Shown here: positions 47,905-55,990 of the stretch, one piece after another
How positions within the stretch are numbered: the first letter of the stretch is position 1
How the letters are laid out: each line of letters opens with the position of its first letter
Source of the DNA: Marinilabiliales bacterium
GTDB taxonomy: Bacteria > Bacteroidota > Bacteroidia > Bacteroidales > SZUA-534
NCBI GenBank assembly: GCA_003512955.1
Contig: DOTG01000004.1
Coordinates: 54,087 to 118,086, forward strand
Reading direction: 5' to 3'
DNA: 64,000 nt
Notes under the pieces: generated by a model
The model's input: the letters and a program-made list of their open reading frames with translations, nothing else
Databases searched by the model: none
What the model was told of the DNA's origin: nothing
Translations under genes and position numbers: made by a program

Positions 47905-48456
47905 ATGGAATACTCAGACAAGGCATTAAATATTTTGGAAACTGCCAGAAAGCTTTTTTCACAGAAAGGTTTTAAAGCGGTAACAACACGGGAAATTGCA
48001 AAAGAAGCCAATGTGAATGAAGTTACAGTTTTTAGAATATTTCAGAGTAAAGAGATTCTATTTGAGCATGTAATCTCGCAAATGATTTTTAAGCCCAAAA
48101 TATCAGAATATATTGATGATAACGAGAAAGACCTAAACAAATATTTGAATGGAGTAGGTAATTTAATTCACACTATCATTTTAGAAAATATTGATTTATT
48201 TAAAATTGAATTGTCAGAGAATAAACGAATGCAAAATTTAAATTTAATTAACCGTTTTCCAAATGAGATAAAAGACAAAATGATTAAATATCTAATTAAC
48301 GTACAAAAGCAACCTGAAAAAGAAGCAATATTGTTCTCAATCTCTTTTATGACGGCAGTTCATGGGTTATGTATGAATTTGTATTTGATAAAAACATTTA
48401 CGCCTGCACCTGACTTCAAAGAGTGTTTAGATTTTATCATTAAGAAGTTCTATTAA
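47905..48456 (+). CDS. TetR/AcrR-family transcriptional regulator
   Basis: 183 aa. The HTH is GFKAVTTREIAKEANVNEVTVFRIFQSKEIL. Confidence 0.85.
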   Translation: MEYSDKALNILETARKLFSQKGFKAVTTREIAKEANVNEVTVFRIFQSKEILFEHVISQMIFKPKISEYIDDNEKDLNKYLNGVGNLIHTIILENIDLFKIELSENKRMQNLNLINRFPNEIKDKMIKYLINVQKQPEKEAILFSISFMTAVHGLCMNLYLIKTFTPAPDFKECLDFIIKKFY

Positions 48457-48462
48457 TTTTTT

Positions 48463-48490
48463 TTACAAGAAATGCAAGCAAGTGCATACA
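48463..48490. promoter_or_regulatory. Second, imperfect copy of the ACAAnAAATGCAAGCAA operator half-site
   Basis: TTACAAGAAATGCAAGCAAGTGCATACA shares the left half of the 36-bp palindrome. It sits between tetR and the Fe-S gene. Confidence 0.5.
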
Positions 48491-48508
48491 TTAAAAAATA
48501 AAAATATT

Positions 48509-49480
48509 ATGAATGAGTTGATTAAAAAGATGTTTCAAAATAACAATCAAAATACCCCAATGTATTTTGAAGCATTAACCGGACAATTAGGTCAGTTGTT
48601 AAAACGTAACGATATTGTTCGACATGGAAAAAATTCTGTGAAGCAAAATGGATTCGTCGGAAGCCCAATGGAAACTTTGCCATTGTTCAAAAAAATAACG
48701 ATGCTTCCCACCGGATTGCGTCTTTATCAGCAAATAAAAAAAAGTTTAACATTCCAACCCAATAAACCTTTTAAAGACAAAATCTGTGATATAGAGTTCA
48801 ATGAATTAAAAATATTTCTAGAAAGTTTGAATATAACAAGTTATGGTTTTACAAAAGTAAATAGTGATAATATTTTTATTGACAGGGGAATCCTTTATGA
48901 CAATGCAATAGTGATTTCAATTCAAATGCCACTTGAAAAAATTGCAAAAGCCCCAAGTTTTGAAACGATGGTAATGATTGAAGATACCTATTTGCAAACT
49001 GGTGAAATTGTCAATAAAATAGCTGGCTTTTTAAGAAAAAATGGATATGGTGCTCATGCAGGTCCGGGTTTAGGGGGCATGACAAATTACCCTATGCTGG
49101 CTAAAGATGCTAATATGGGTGAATTCGGCAGGCATGGTTTGCTAATTTCACCCGAAAGTGGAGCATGTCATCGTTTGGCAGCGGTATATACGAACATCAA
49201 TAATTTTCCGTATGAGAATACAAACGAACATCAATGGATTAAAGAGTATTGTCATAATTGTGGAATTTGCATTAAAAAATGTCCTAATAATGCGATTTTA
49301 GAGACACCTAAAACAACAATCAATACTCGTGTCAGACACATTGAATACGATAAGTGTATGTCCTGTTTCAATCAAAATTTTGGTTGCTCAGTGTGCATTA
49401 AAGTTTGCCCTTTTACTAAATCTGGATACGATAAATTACTTGAAGTACATTTAAAAAATCAAAGCAGAATCTTAAATTAA
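48509..49480 (+). CDS. 4Fe-4S dicluster-domain protein (reductive-dehalogenase/QueG-like architecture)
   Basis: ORF 48482..49480. The GTG at 48482 lies inside the operator-like site, so I prefer the ATG at 48509 (MNELIKK). It has two ferredoxin-type motifs, CHNCGICIKKCP and CSVCIKVCP. Confidence 0.65.
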   Translation: MNELIKKMFQNNNQNTPMYFEALTGQLGQLLKRNDIVRHGKNSVKQNGFVGSPMETLPLFKKITMLPTGLRLYQQIKKSLTFQPNKPFKDKICDIEFNELKIFLESLNITSYGFTKVNSDNIFIDRGILYDNAIVISIQMPLEKIAKAPSFETMVMIEDTYLQTGEIVNKIAGFLRKNGYGAHAGPGLGGMTNYPMLAKDANMGEFGRHGLLISPESGACHRLAAVYTNINNFPYENTNEHQWIKEYCHNCGICIKKCPNNAILETPKTTINTRVRHIEYDKCMSCFNQNFGCSVCIKVCPFTKSGYDKLLEVHLKNQSRILN

Positions 49481-49491
49481 TTAAAATAAAT

Positions 49492-50331
49492 ATGAACTCA
49501 TTTGACATTAACAGAGTACATTGGGAAAAGGGGAAATTCCAGCCTTGGTACCTAAACGAAAAACCAGTTAATTTAAAAGATTTGAATTACAATGGTGATG
49601 AAGAACTAATTGTTATCAACTTATCAGGTAAACAATACGGATTCTTGTTACGAGAAGTTGTTTATCATCACATTATACAAGGAAAATTAAACGATGTAGA
49701 TTTTATACTTACATTTTGTGGGGTTTGTAATGCTGGTGTATTATTAAGCCCTTTAATAAAAAACAAACTTTATCATTTCCGGGAAACCGGAGTATATAAT
49801 GGGCAGCAGGTTTTTGAAGACATAGAAACGCATACTTTGTGGAACCATTTAACCGGCGAAGCACTTTACGGAGAGCTTAAAGAAAACACGTTGGAGTATA
49901 TCGGTTCGCTAAACATGACAACAATTTCAGGAGTAAATAAAACTTTACCAGACTTGCCGATTTATATTTCAGGTAGAAAAAAGATTTATAGAAATATAAT
50001 GCGATTTGTTATCAAGGTTATTTTAGGTAAAAGGAATAAAAATTGGTTGCCGCCACATTTTCAAAAAACCTTACCCGAAGTTAGTAATGAATTACCTAAA
50101 ATGACAATGGGACTTGCTATAAAGATAAAAGATAAGCTACGGTTTTATCCTGCTGAATCTTTTAAAGAAAATGAACTTAGAGATGAATTTAATGGGACAA
50201 AAATTACCGTTAGAATTGAGAACAAAGTCCCTAAAGCAATCACAGAAACTGGTGAATATCCATTCCAATTATTTACCAGATGGTATGCTTTTATCTTAAC
50301 TTACCCAAATGGAGAACTATTTAAAGAATAA
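49492..50331 (+). CDS. DUF3179-like protein
   Basis: 279 aa. DIETHTLWNHLTGEALYGELKENTLEYIGS matches my recollection of the DUF3179 core (D..T.S.W...TGEA..G.L). Confidence 0.55.
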   Translation: MNSFDINRVHWEKGKFQPWYLNEKPVNLKDLNYNGDEELIVINLSGKQYGFLLREVVYHHIIQGKLNDVDFILTFCGVCNAGVLLSPLIKNKLYHFRETGVYNGQQVFEDIETHTLWNHLTGEALYGELKENTLEYIGSLNMTTISGVNKTLPDLPIYISGRKKIYRNIMRFVIKVILGKRNKNWLPPHFQKTLPEVSNELPKMTMGLAIKIKDKLRFYPAESFKENELRDEFNGTKITVRIENKVPKAITETGEYPFQLFTRWYAFILTYPNGELFKE

Positions 50332-50465
50332 CGTTACTTAATATCGCATATAAATCATTGTGAAATTGTCCGTTATGAAATATATCCATTTCGCATCGGC
50401 GTTTGTATCGGCGGATAGGAACAAAACCCGCAATCTACTACATTTTCCGCCTGCTATCGTTAGAA
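50326..50465 (+). repeat. attC-like site 8 (terminal)
   Basis: The left end GAATAAC overlaps the stop codon and the right end is GTTAGAA at 50459-50465. It has the family blocks ATCGCATATAAATC (cf. site 2) and CCCGCAATCTACTAC (cf. site 3), but arm complementarity is weaker than in sites 1-5. The core gene begins 6 bp later. Confidence 0.5.
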
Positions 50466-50470
50466 GCAAG

Positions 50471-51415
50471 TTAGCTTATCCGCCCTTTCATTGACTCATA
50501 AGTATCCACATGGCGCTCACTCTTGGTCTTATAAATATCTTCGATGGTAATTAAAATACCCGTTTCTTCCACATCGCCAAAATAAGGGTTGATGCTGGTT
50601 CCAAACACTTTCATGGTTGGTGAAAGGTTCATGTAAGCATTAATCAGGGGTGGGATGTTCTCGCCCAATTCCCTCACATTTTTTGAAAGGGTTTTGTAAT
50701 CCTCGGCGTAATCGGTACCTGAGAACAATTTAGAAAGTCTGTCCACATCAAATTTGAGGTCCAACGGGTCAATCAACCGGATGAGGTGATCGTATTTTCC
50801 AAAATACAGACGCATGAAATACAGAATCATGTTACGGGCCCCGGAGTTATAATGGGTGTACATGGTCACTTTCCCAAAGAAGTATTTCACCTCGGGATGA
50901 TCCACAACCAAAGCACCCAATCCGTCCCACAAATTATCGAGTGTATATAAACCCCGCCGCCCCGATTGGGTAACCTGTTTGGCCGGAACCACAAATGAAC
51001 GCCCCAGTTCAATCAGATAGGGCAGGTAATCGGTTTTAAATTCTTCGGAATAATGAAAAAGCCTTGAGGTTGCCAAAATAGGATTTCCCTGGTCATCCAA
51101 TGGAGCCTCGCTACACACTATAAACCGATACCCTCCCAAAATTTCCTTTTCAGCAGGACTCCAAACAATCAATTGTTTATAAGGTTTATCGGCAATATCG
51201 TATTCATCAATGTCGATGGATTTTCCGGTCCCCCCTCCTGCTCCACGAAAAGTAATTTCACGCAGCCGGCCTACCTCTTTCATCAGGTTTGGCGAATCGG
51301 AATGAGTAAATATATAAATCTCATTATCTCCAAAATTGGTCTTCCGGACAAATTTTTTTAGAGTTAGTTCCTTCTCCAACAGCGATTTATCTATTGCCTC
51401 GATAATTGGTTCCAT
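50471..51415 (-). CDS. glsB: Hemolysin-like GNAT N-acyltransferase (GlsB/OlsB-type lipoamino-acid synthase)
   Basis: 314 aa. GRLREITFRGAGGGTGKSIDIDEYD is the hallmark of the Acetyltransf_5/OlsB-like family. It is adjacent to an acyltransferase gene, as in the Bacteroides glycine-lipid locus. The symbol is tentative. Confidence 0.65.
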   Translation of the reverse strand: MEPIIEAIDKSLLEKELTLKKFVRKTNFGDNEIYIFTHSDSPNLMKEVGRLREITFRGAGGGTGKSIDIDEYDIADKPYKQLIVWSPAEKEILGGYRFIVCSEAPLDDQGNPILATSRLFHYSEEFKTDYLPYLIELGRSFVVPAKQVTQSGRRGLYTLDNLWDGLGALVVDHPEVKYFFGKVTMYTHYNSGARNMILYFMRLYFGKYDHLIRLIDPLDLKFDVDRLSKLFSGTDYAEDYKTLSKNVRELGENIPPLINAYMNLSPTMKVFGTSINPYFGDVEETGILITIEDIYKTKSERHVDTYESMKGRIS

Positions 51416-51501
51416 AAAAATTCACTAATTTAGCGCAAATTAATAATTCATTTTATTAAAAAGATAGTTTTGGTTTCAATTTAACGAAAAGATAATTCAT
51501 T

Positions 51502-52335
51502 TCATTCCATTTCGTAAGTTTTTACTTTCAAAAAATCCGCCCATTCCTGTGAGCACTTTGAATCATCAAATTGTGCCCAGGGAATGGGTTTTCCAAAACG
51601 TATAACAATTTGCCGGTCTTTCTGTTTGAACATCTCGTCCACCAGGTACAGCATCTCAATATTGGCCTTTAGTCCAATCCTTTTTCTGAAATTGGCCAGA
51701 TTGTAAAAGAAATCTGAATTCCGGCCCATAATATATACGGGCACAATGTCGCGTTGGTGCTTAACGGCATTGGTGATGATGCTTTTTTTCCATTCCAGAT
51801 CTACTACTTTCCCTTTAATTTTCCGGCTGCATAAACCTGCCGGGAAGTACAAAATGGGCAAATTGGAGCGATACACCTGATCGATGGCCAGGAACGAATC
51901 GCGGTTGAGTGTTCCGTGTTTGTTCACCGGTAAAAAAACCTGATTCAGCCCCGGAAGGTTCAGTAACAAATCGTTGACAGGGAAACGCAAGTCGCCATAA
52001 ATATCGTGGACTACCTTCATAAACACCAACCCGTCGAGCCCCCCCAACGGATGATTGGCCACCATCAGCAGCCGTTTGTTTTCAAGAGGCAAATTTTCTT
52101 TTCCTTCAATAATAATGCTAGCCCCAAACATTTTTAAACCTGAGTCGATAAACTCATATGGGTCATCGTTGTGATGGTGTTCCAGAAATTCATTTATCTC
52201 GTCGAGATGAAGAATCCGTTTAAATTTCCGTAGCACAAAACGGGGAATCACCTTGAGCAGTGCAGGGTTCTTGCTTTTGATAAGTGCCTCCAACTCAATC
52301 TTTGTGAATGTATCCCCTTTTGAATGACCTACCAT
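51502..52335 (-). CDS. glsA: Lysophospholipid/1-acyl-glycerol-3-phosphate-type O-acyltransferase (GlsA/OlsA-type)
   Basis: 277 aa. The acyltransferase HX4D-type motif is VANHPLGGLDG, and FPAGLCSR occurs later. The symbol is tentative. Confidence 0.65.
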   Translation of the reverse strand: MVGHSKGDTFTKIELEALIKSKNPALLKVIPRFVLRKFKRILHLDEINEFLEHHHNDDPYEFIDSGLKMFGASIIIEGKENLPLENKRLLMVANHPLGGLDGLVFMKVVHDIYGDLRFPVNDLLLNLPGLNQVFLPVNKHGTLNRDSFLAIDQVYRSNLPILYFPAGLCSRKIKGKVVDLEWKKSIITNAVKHQRDIVPVYIMGRNSDFFYNLANFRKRIGLKANIEMLYLVDEMFKQKDRQIVIRFGKPIPWAQFDDSKCSQEWADFLKVKTYEME

Positions 52336-52511
52336 TACTATTTTATTTTGGCCGAAAATAAGTAAAATCTTGAAGCAATTGGTGCGAAAATGATAAGTAG
52401 AAATACTGAATTTGAAAAAGAACTATGAAATTTTACGATGCGAATTTTTAAAATCTTATTGAAATTATTCTCTGATATATTAACTTCGTTTAAAACTTAA
52501 ACCAACATTTC

Positions 52512-54491
52512 ATGAAGTATTTATTAAGCATCACCATTATCATATCTGCGAATTTCAGTATTCTATCACAACGATTAGATACAACTATCTTTAATTCAGC
52601 ATTCGAGAAACAGTTGTTTCAAAAGGTTATTGATTCGCAGGTATTTGATCCAATGGAATTATTTTTTTCAATGAATTATCATGAGTCATCGGTGAATCAA
52701 TCAAAAAATAAGTTAAATAATTTTTATAAAGAAATTGCCCCTGAATTAATTAGCAAACAGATAAAAAAGCAGATAAAAACGATTTACAAAAGAACCCACT
52801 CTCATTTTTTAACAAAGTACGAAGAGAAATCATTTTTTGAAAATATTTTTGAAAATGGAACATTTAATTGTGTATCAGCCACGGCATTATATGCTCTTGT
52901 ACTTGAAACTTACCATATTGAATATGTAATAAAGGAGACACTGCAACATGTTTATCTAATAGCCGATCCCAAAAGAGATCAGGTTTTTATTGAAACAACA
53001 CTCCCATCAAAAGGGACTTTTTATGTAGATGAACATTACAAGAAAAATTATGTGGAATATCTTGAAAACAATAAAATTATCTCCGAATCGGAATTCAAAA
53101 CACAAAGTACAGAGTCGTTATTCGATAAATATTATGACGAAAATAAAACAATCACCTTAAAAGAACTTGCCGGAATTCAATATTTCAATGATGGTATTTT
53201 TAATTACGAGGCTTCAAAATTTGTCGAGGCTTCAAAAAGTTTTGAAAAGGCATTCATACTTTACCCTTCAAATTCAATAAAATTAGCTTATCATACTGCA
53301 TTATTAGCATTATTAAACGAACAGCACCAAACCAAAAAATATTCAGCAATTACCTTGGCTAAATTTATTAATCTCAATAAAAATAACAATGAAGCTAAAA
53401 CGCTAACTGAAGATTATTTTGGACTTTTAACAGAAGAACTTGTGATCAATCACCCGCAGTTAGGATACTATGAAAAACAATATCATGACTTTCAGGATTA
53501 TATTTCTGACTCTATTGATATTAAGATAATTAACCAGCAGTATTTTTACTATACAGGTTACGCAAATTATATTCAGCAGGACTTACCTAAAGCCCTTGTA
53601 AACCTTAACAAGTCATTTGAACTTAATCCTGATAACATAAATACAAAACAATTGATACAAGAGGTGGTATCAAACCATATTTTTAAAGATGTCAATCGGG
53701 AACGTGAACTCGATTCTTTAAAAATATATTTCAGTATGTATCCTTTTTTGTTAAAAAATGACAAATTTCAAATTTATTTCACCTATTGTTACCTGAGAAT
53801 CATTGGTGAAGCGATGCATTATAACGATGTACCCAAAGCAATGAAGTATTTATCAGAATTTGAAGACCAAATTAAACTTTACCCTGATATTGTTATGAAT
53901 GATAAATATGTTGAACTAGCTTATGGAGAACTTGCATCATATTATATAAGAAAAACAAAATATAATGAAGCTGAAAAATACTATCTGAAAGGGTTAGCAT
54001 TGGCACCCAATTCTTATGAACTTAAAAAACAAAAAGAACTCTTATCAAGTCAAAAAACAGGCCTGAATGAGTATTTGAATGATTCGAAAAACTATGATAA
54101 AATCAATAATGAATTGGCTCTTGAAATTCCCAAAAACCCAGATGAAAAGTCCGGTTTTAAGGAATCGATGGATACCTTTTTCCCCGGCAGTTGGGAAGCG
54201 GTTAATTTTATTGAAGATGGACAAACAAAGGCAGTTCCAAAGGATGAAAAACTGGTAATAATAGCCAAACCAAACAACAAATTGGAATTTAATATGGGCG
54301 GTATAAAAGAAACCGGGAGATGGGCAATCCGGAACAAAGGTCATCTTTTATATCTGATTCCAAAGGATAATGAAAATGACTATCTGGTATTTAAAGTTGT
54401 TGAAATTTCAAAAAATACACTGAAACTCCAGGCCTATGATGGTGGTAAACTGGAAAATATAATCGTTCAGTTTAAAGCGATAACTCAATAA
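52512..54491 (+). CDS. Hypothetical secreted protein with a transglutaminase-like Cys/His region and TPR-like repeats
   Basis: 659 aa with a signal peptide. The putative thiol-protease-like core is GTFNCVSATALYALVL...LQHVYLIADP. Helical repeats follow, e.g. YNEAEKYYLKGLALAPNSYE. Confidence 0.5.
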   Translation: MKYLLSITIIISANFSILSQRLDTTIFNSAFEKQLFQKVIDSQVFDPMELFFSMNYHESSVNQSKNKLNNFYKEIAPELISKQIKKQIKTIYKRTHSHFLTKYEEKSFFENIFENGTFNCVSATALYALVLETYHIEYVIKETLQHVYLIADPKRDQVFIETTLPSKGTFYVDEHYKKNYVEYLENNKIISESEFKTQSTESLFDKYYDENKTITLKELAGIQYFNDGIFNYEASKFVEASKSFEKAFILYPSNSIKLAYHTALLALLNEQHQTKKYSAITLAKFINLNKNNNEAKTLTEDYFGLLTEELVINHPQLGYYEKQYHDFQDYISDSIDIKIINQQYFYYTGYANYIQQDLPKALVNLNKSFELNPDNINTKQLIQEVVSNHIFKDVNRERELDSLKIYFSMYPFLLKNDKFQIYFTYCYLRIIGEAMHYNDVPKAMKYLSEFEDQIKLYPDIVMNDKYVELAYGELASYYIRKTKYNEAEKYYLKGLALAPNSYELKKQKELLSSQKTGLNEYLNDSKNYDKINNELALEIPKNPDEKSGFKESMDTFFPGSWEAVNFIEDGQTKAVPKDEKLVIIAKPNNKLEFNMGGIKETGRWAIRNKGHLLYLIPKDNENDYLVFKVVEISKNTLKLQAYDGGKLENIIVQFKAITQ

Positions 54492-55236
54492 CCTTTGACG
54501 CCCCAAAACGAGAAGTAGGTTCAACCCGATGTGTTTTTTCTATCGGTTTAAACACATCCATGGCTAATTCAACGCGGTTGTTTTCGGCTGAGATGTGCGA
54601 TAAGAAAAGGGTATTCAACGGCGAACCGGTTAATGAACGGACCAATTCAAATGCCTGGTGGTTGCTTAAATGTCCAAAATCCGATGAAACACGTTTTTTT
54701 AAATACGCCGGATAACTTCCCGTTTGCAGGAGCGATGCATCATAATTGCATTCGAGAAAGGCTGCATGGCACATACTTAATTGTTCCTTCACTGTTTGGC
54801 AAGCTTTTCCCAAATCAGTTAACACGGCAACGTGTAATCCATCAATTTCAATCCTAAAGCTTACCGGTTCGGCAGCATCATGTTGTTTATCAAATGCATG
54901 TATTTTTATGGAACCTACCTGAAATGTGTCGCCTGCAGAAATATAATTCACCTTTTCAGAACGGTAATTCACAGGAACATTCTGATAAGTTTTTCTTGTG
55001 GCAAACCCCGGAATGTTATTCTTTTCAATAATTGACCGCATCCCCCTGATATGATCGGTATGTTCATGGGTGATAAAAACAGCCCTTATTTTTTCTACCG
55101 AAAGGCCCGTGTCTTTTAACCTTTGCTTGAGTTGCCTGTTCGAAATACCTGCATCAATCAGCACAGCTTCGTACCCGTTCCCCACATAATAACAATTTCC
55201 GTTGCTCCCCGATGCCAATGCACAAATTTGAACCAT
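54472..55236 (-). CDS. MBL-fold metallo-hydrolase
   Basis: 254 aa. The HxHxDH motif is ITHEHTDHIRG, and SHIS occurs later. It overlaps the convergent upstream gene by 20 bp. Confidence 0.85.
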   Translation of the reverse strand: MVQICALASGSNGNCYYVGNGYEAVLIDAGISNRQLKQRLKDTGLSVEKIRAVFITHEHTDHIRGMRSIIEKNNIPGFATRKTYQNVPVNYRSEKVNYISAGDTFQVGSIKIHAFDKQHDAAEPVSFRIEIDGLHVAVLTDLGKACQTVKEQLSMCHAAFLECNYDASLLQTGSYPAYLKKRVSSDFGHLSNHQAFELVRSLTGSPLNTLFLSHISAENNRVELAMDVFKPIEKTHRVEPTSRFGASKVIELSL

Positions 55237-55450
55237 CTGTATCCTGTTATTTTTTGATGCAAATATGGAAACAAATTATTAAAATCAATCCAGGTTATAT
55301 ATTATCAATTAAATGTTACGGTCGCCTTTTAACAATTTCCCAGATGTATATCTACCCAGTAAAAACCATGGACGGTTCTGAAATTTCACTTTGTCTTTTT
55401 AAATAATTTGAAGTTACCCCAAGACCCAAGGTGTAAAAGTTATCAACAAT

Positions 55451-55486
55451 AGTGCAAAAAAGTGCATGAAAGTGGGGAAAAGTGGT
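55451..55486 (+). promoter_or_regulatory. Four direct AGTG(C/G) repeats with exact 10-bp spacing: MraZ operator candidate in the dcw promoter region
   Basis: The sequence is AGTGCAAAAA AGTGCATGAA AGTGGGGAAA AGTGGTAAAT, with repeats starting at 55451, 55461, 55471 and 55481. It lies about 45 bp upstream of the mraZ ATG. Confidence 0.65.
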
Positions 55487-55528
55487 AAATATTTCTTTAT
55501 TTTACCACCTTGAAAAACAGAAGTTTCA

Positions 55529-55990
55529 ATGACCAATTTTGTAGGCGATCATCCTTGCAAGCTCGATGGGAAAAGCCGAATCCTTTTCCCTGCTGCCCTC
55601 AAAAAACAAATGGAGGGGGACAACGATCGCTTTGTGGTTAAAAAAGATCTTTTTGAAAACTGTCTGGTTTTATACACCCTTCAGGAATGGGAACGTCAAA
55701 ACCAGCAAATCAGGCAAAAAATAAACACCTTTAATAAGGAGCACAACGCTTTCTTGCGCGGGTTTTACCGTGGTACTGCCGAGGTTATCCTCGACAGCAG
55801 CAGCCGGCTGTTGATTCCTAAACGCTTGCTTGATATTGTTGGAATTGACAAAGAGGTGATTTTGGCCGGACAAGATGCCAAAATTGAGATTTGGGCCAAA
55901 GAAGCTTATGAAAACCTGGCTCACGATGAGGAAGACTTTGCCGCATTGGCCGAAAAAATAATGCAGGGGACGAAAAGTGAGGAGGCCTAA
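55529..55990 (+). CDS. mraZ: Transcriptional regulator MraZ
   Basis: 153 aa with two SpoVT/AbrB-like halves (KLDGKSRILFPAALKKQM and LDSSSRLLIPKRLL). It is the first gene of the dcw cluster. Confidence 0.92.
   Translation: MTNFVGDHPCKLDGKSRILFPAALKKQMEGDNDRFVVKKDLFENCLVLYTLQEWERQNQQIRQKINTFNKEHNAFLRGFYRGTAEVILDSSSRLLIPKRLLDIVGIDKEVILAGQDAKIEIWAKEAYENLAHDEEDFAALAEKIMQGTKSEEA

Larger units (their letters stand above)
31193..50465 (+). mobile_element. Integron-type gene-cassette array (CALIN-like; no intact integrase in the window)
   Basis: Eight attC-like elements, cassette-style ORF packing, an AT-rich composition relative to the flanks, and a recombinase remnant at the left border. See findings. 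Confidence 0.7.

Noticed and set aside
35970-50465. Possibility that the ~130-bp repeats form a CRISPR array, or that the island is a prophage or ICE
   Set aside because: The repeats are too long, imperfect and internally palindromic, and they are separated by whole genes rather than 30-40-bp spacers. No cas, capsid, terminase, portal, tra or mob genes are present. The cassette-array interpretation fits better.
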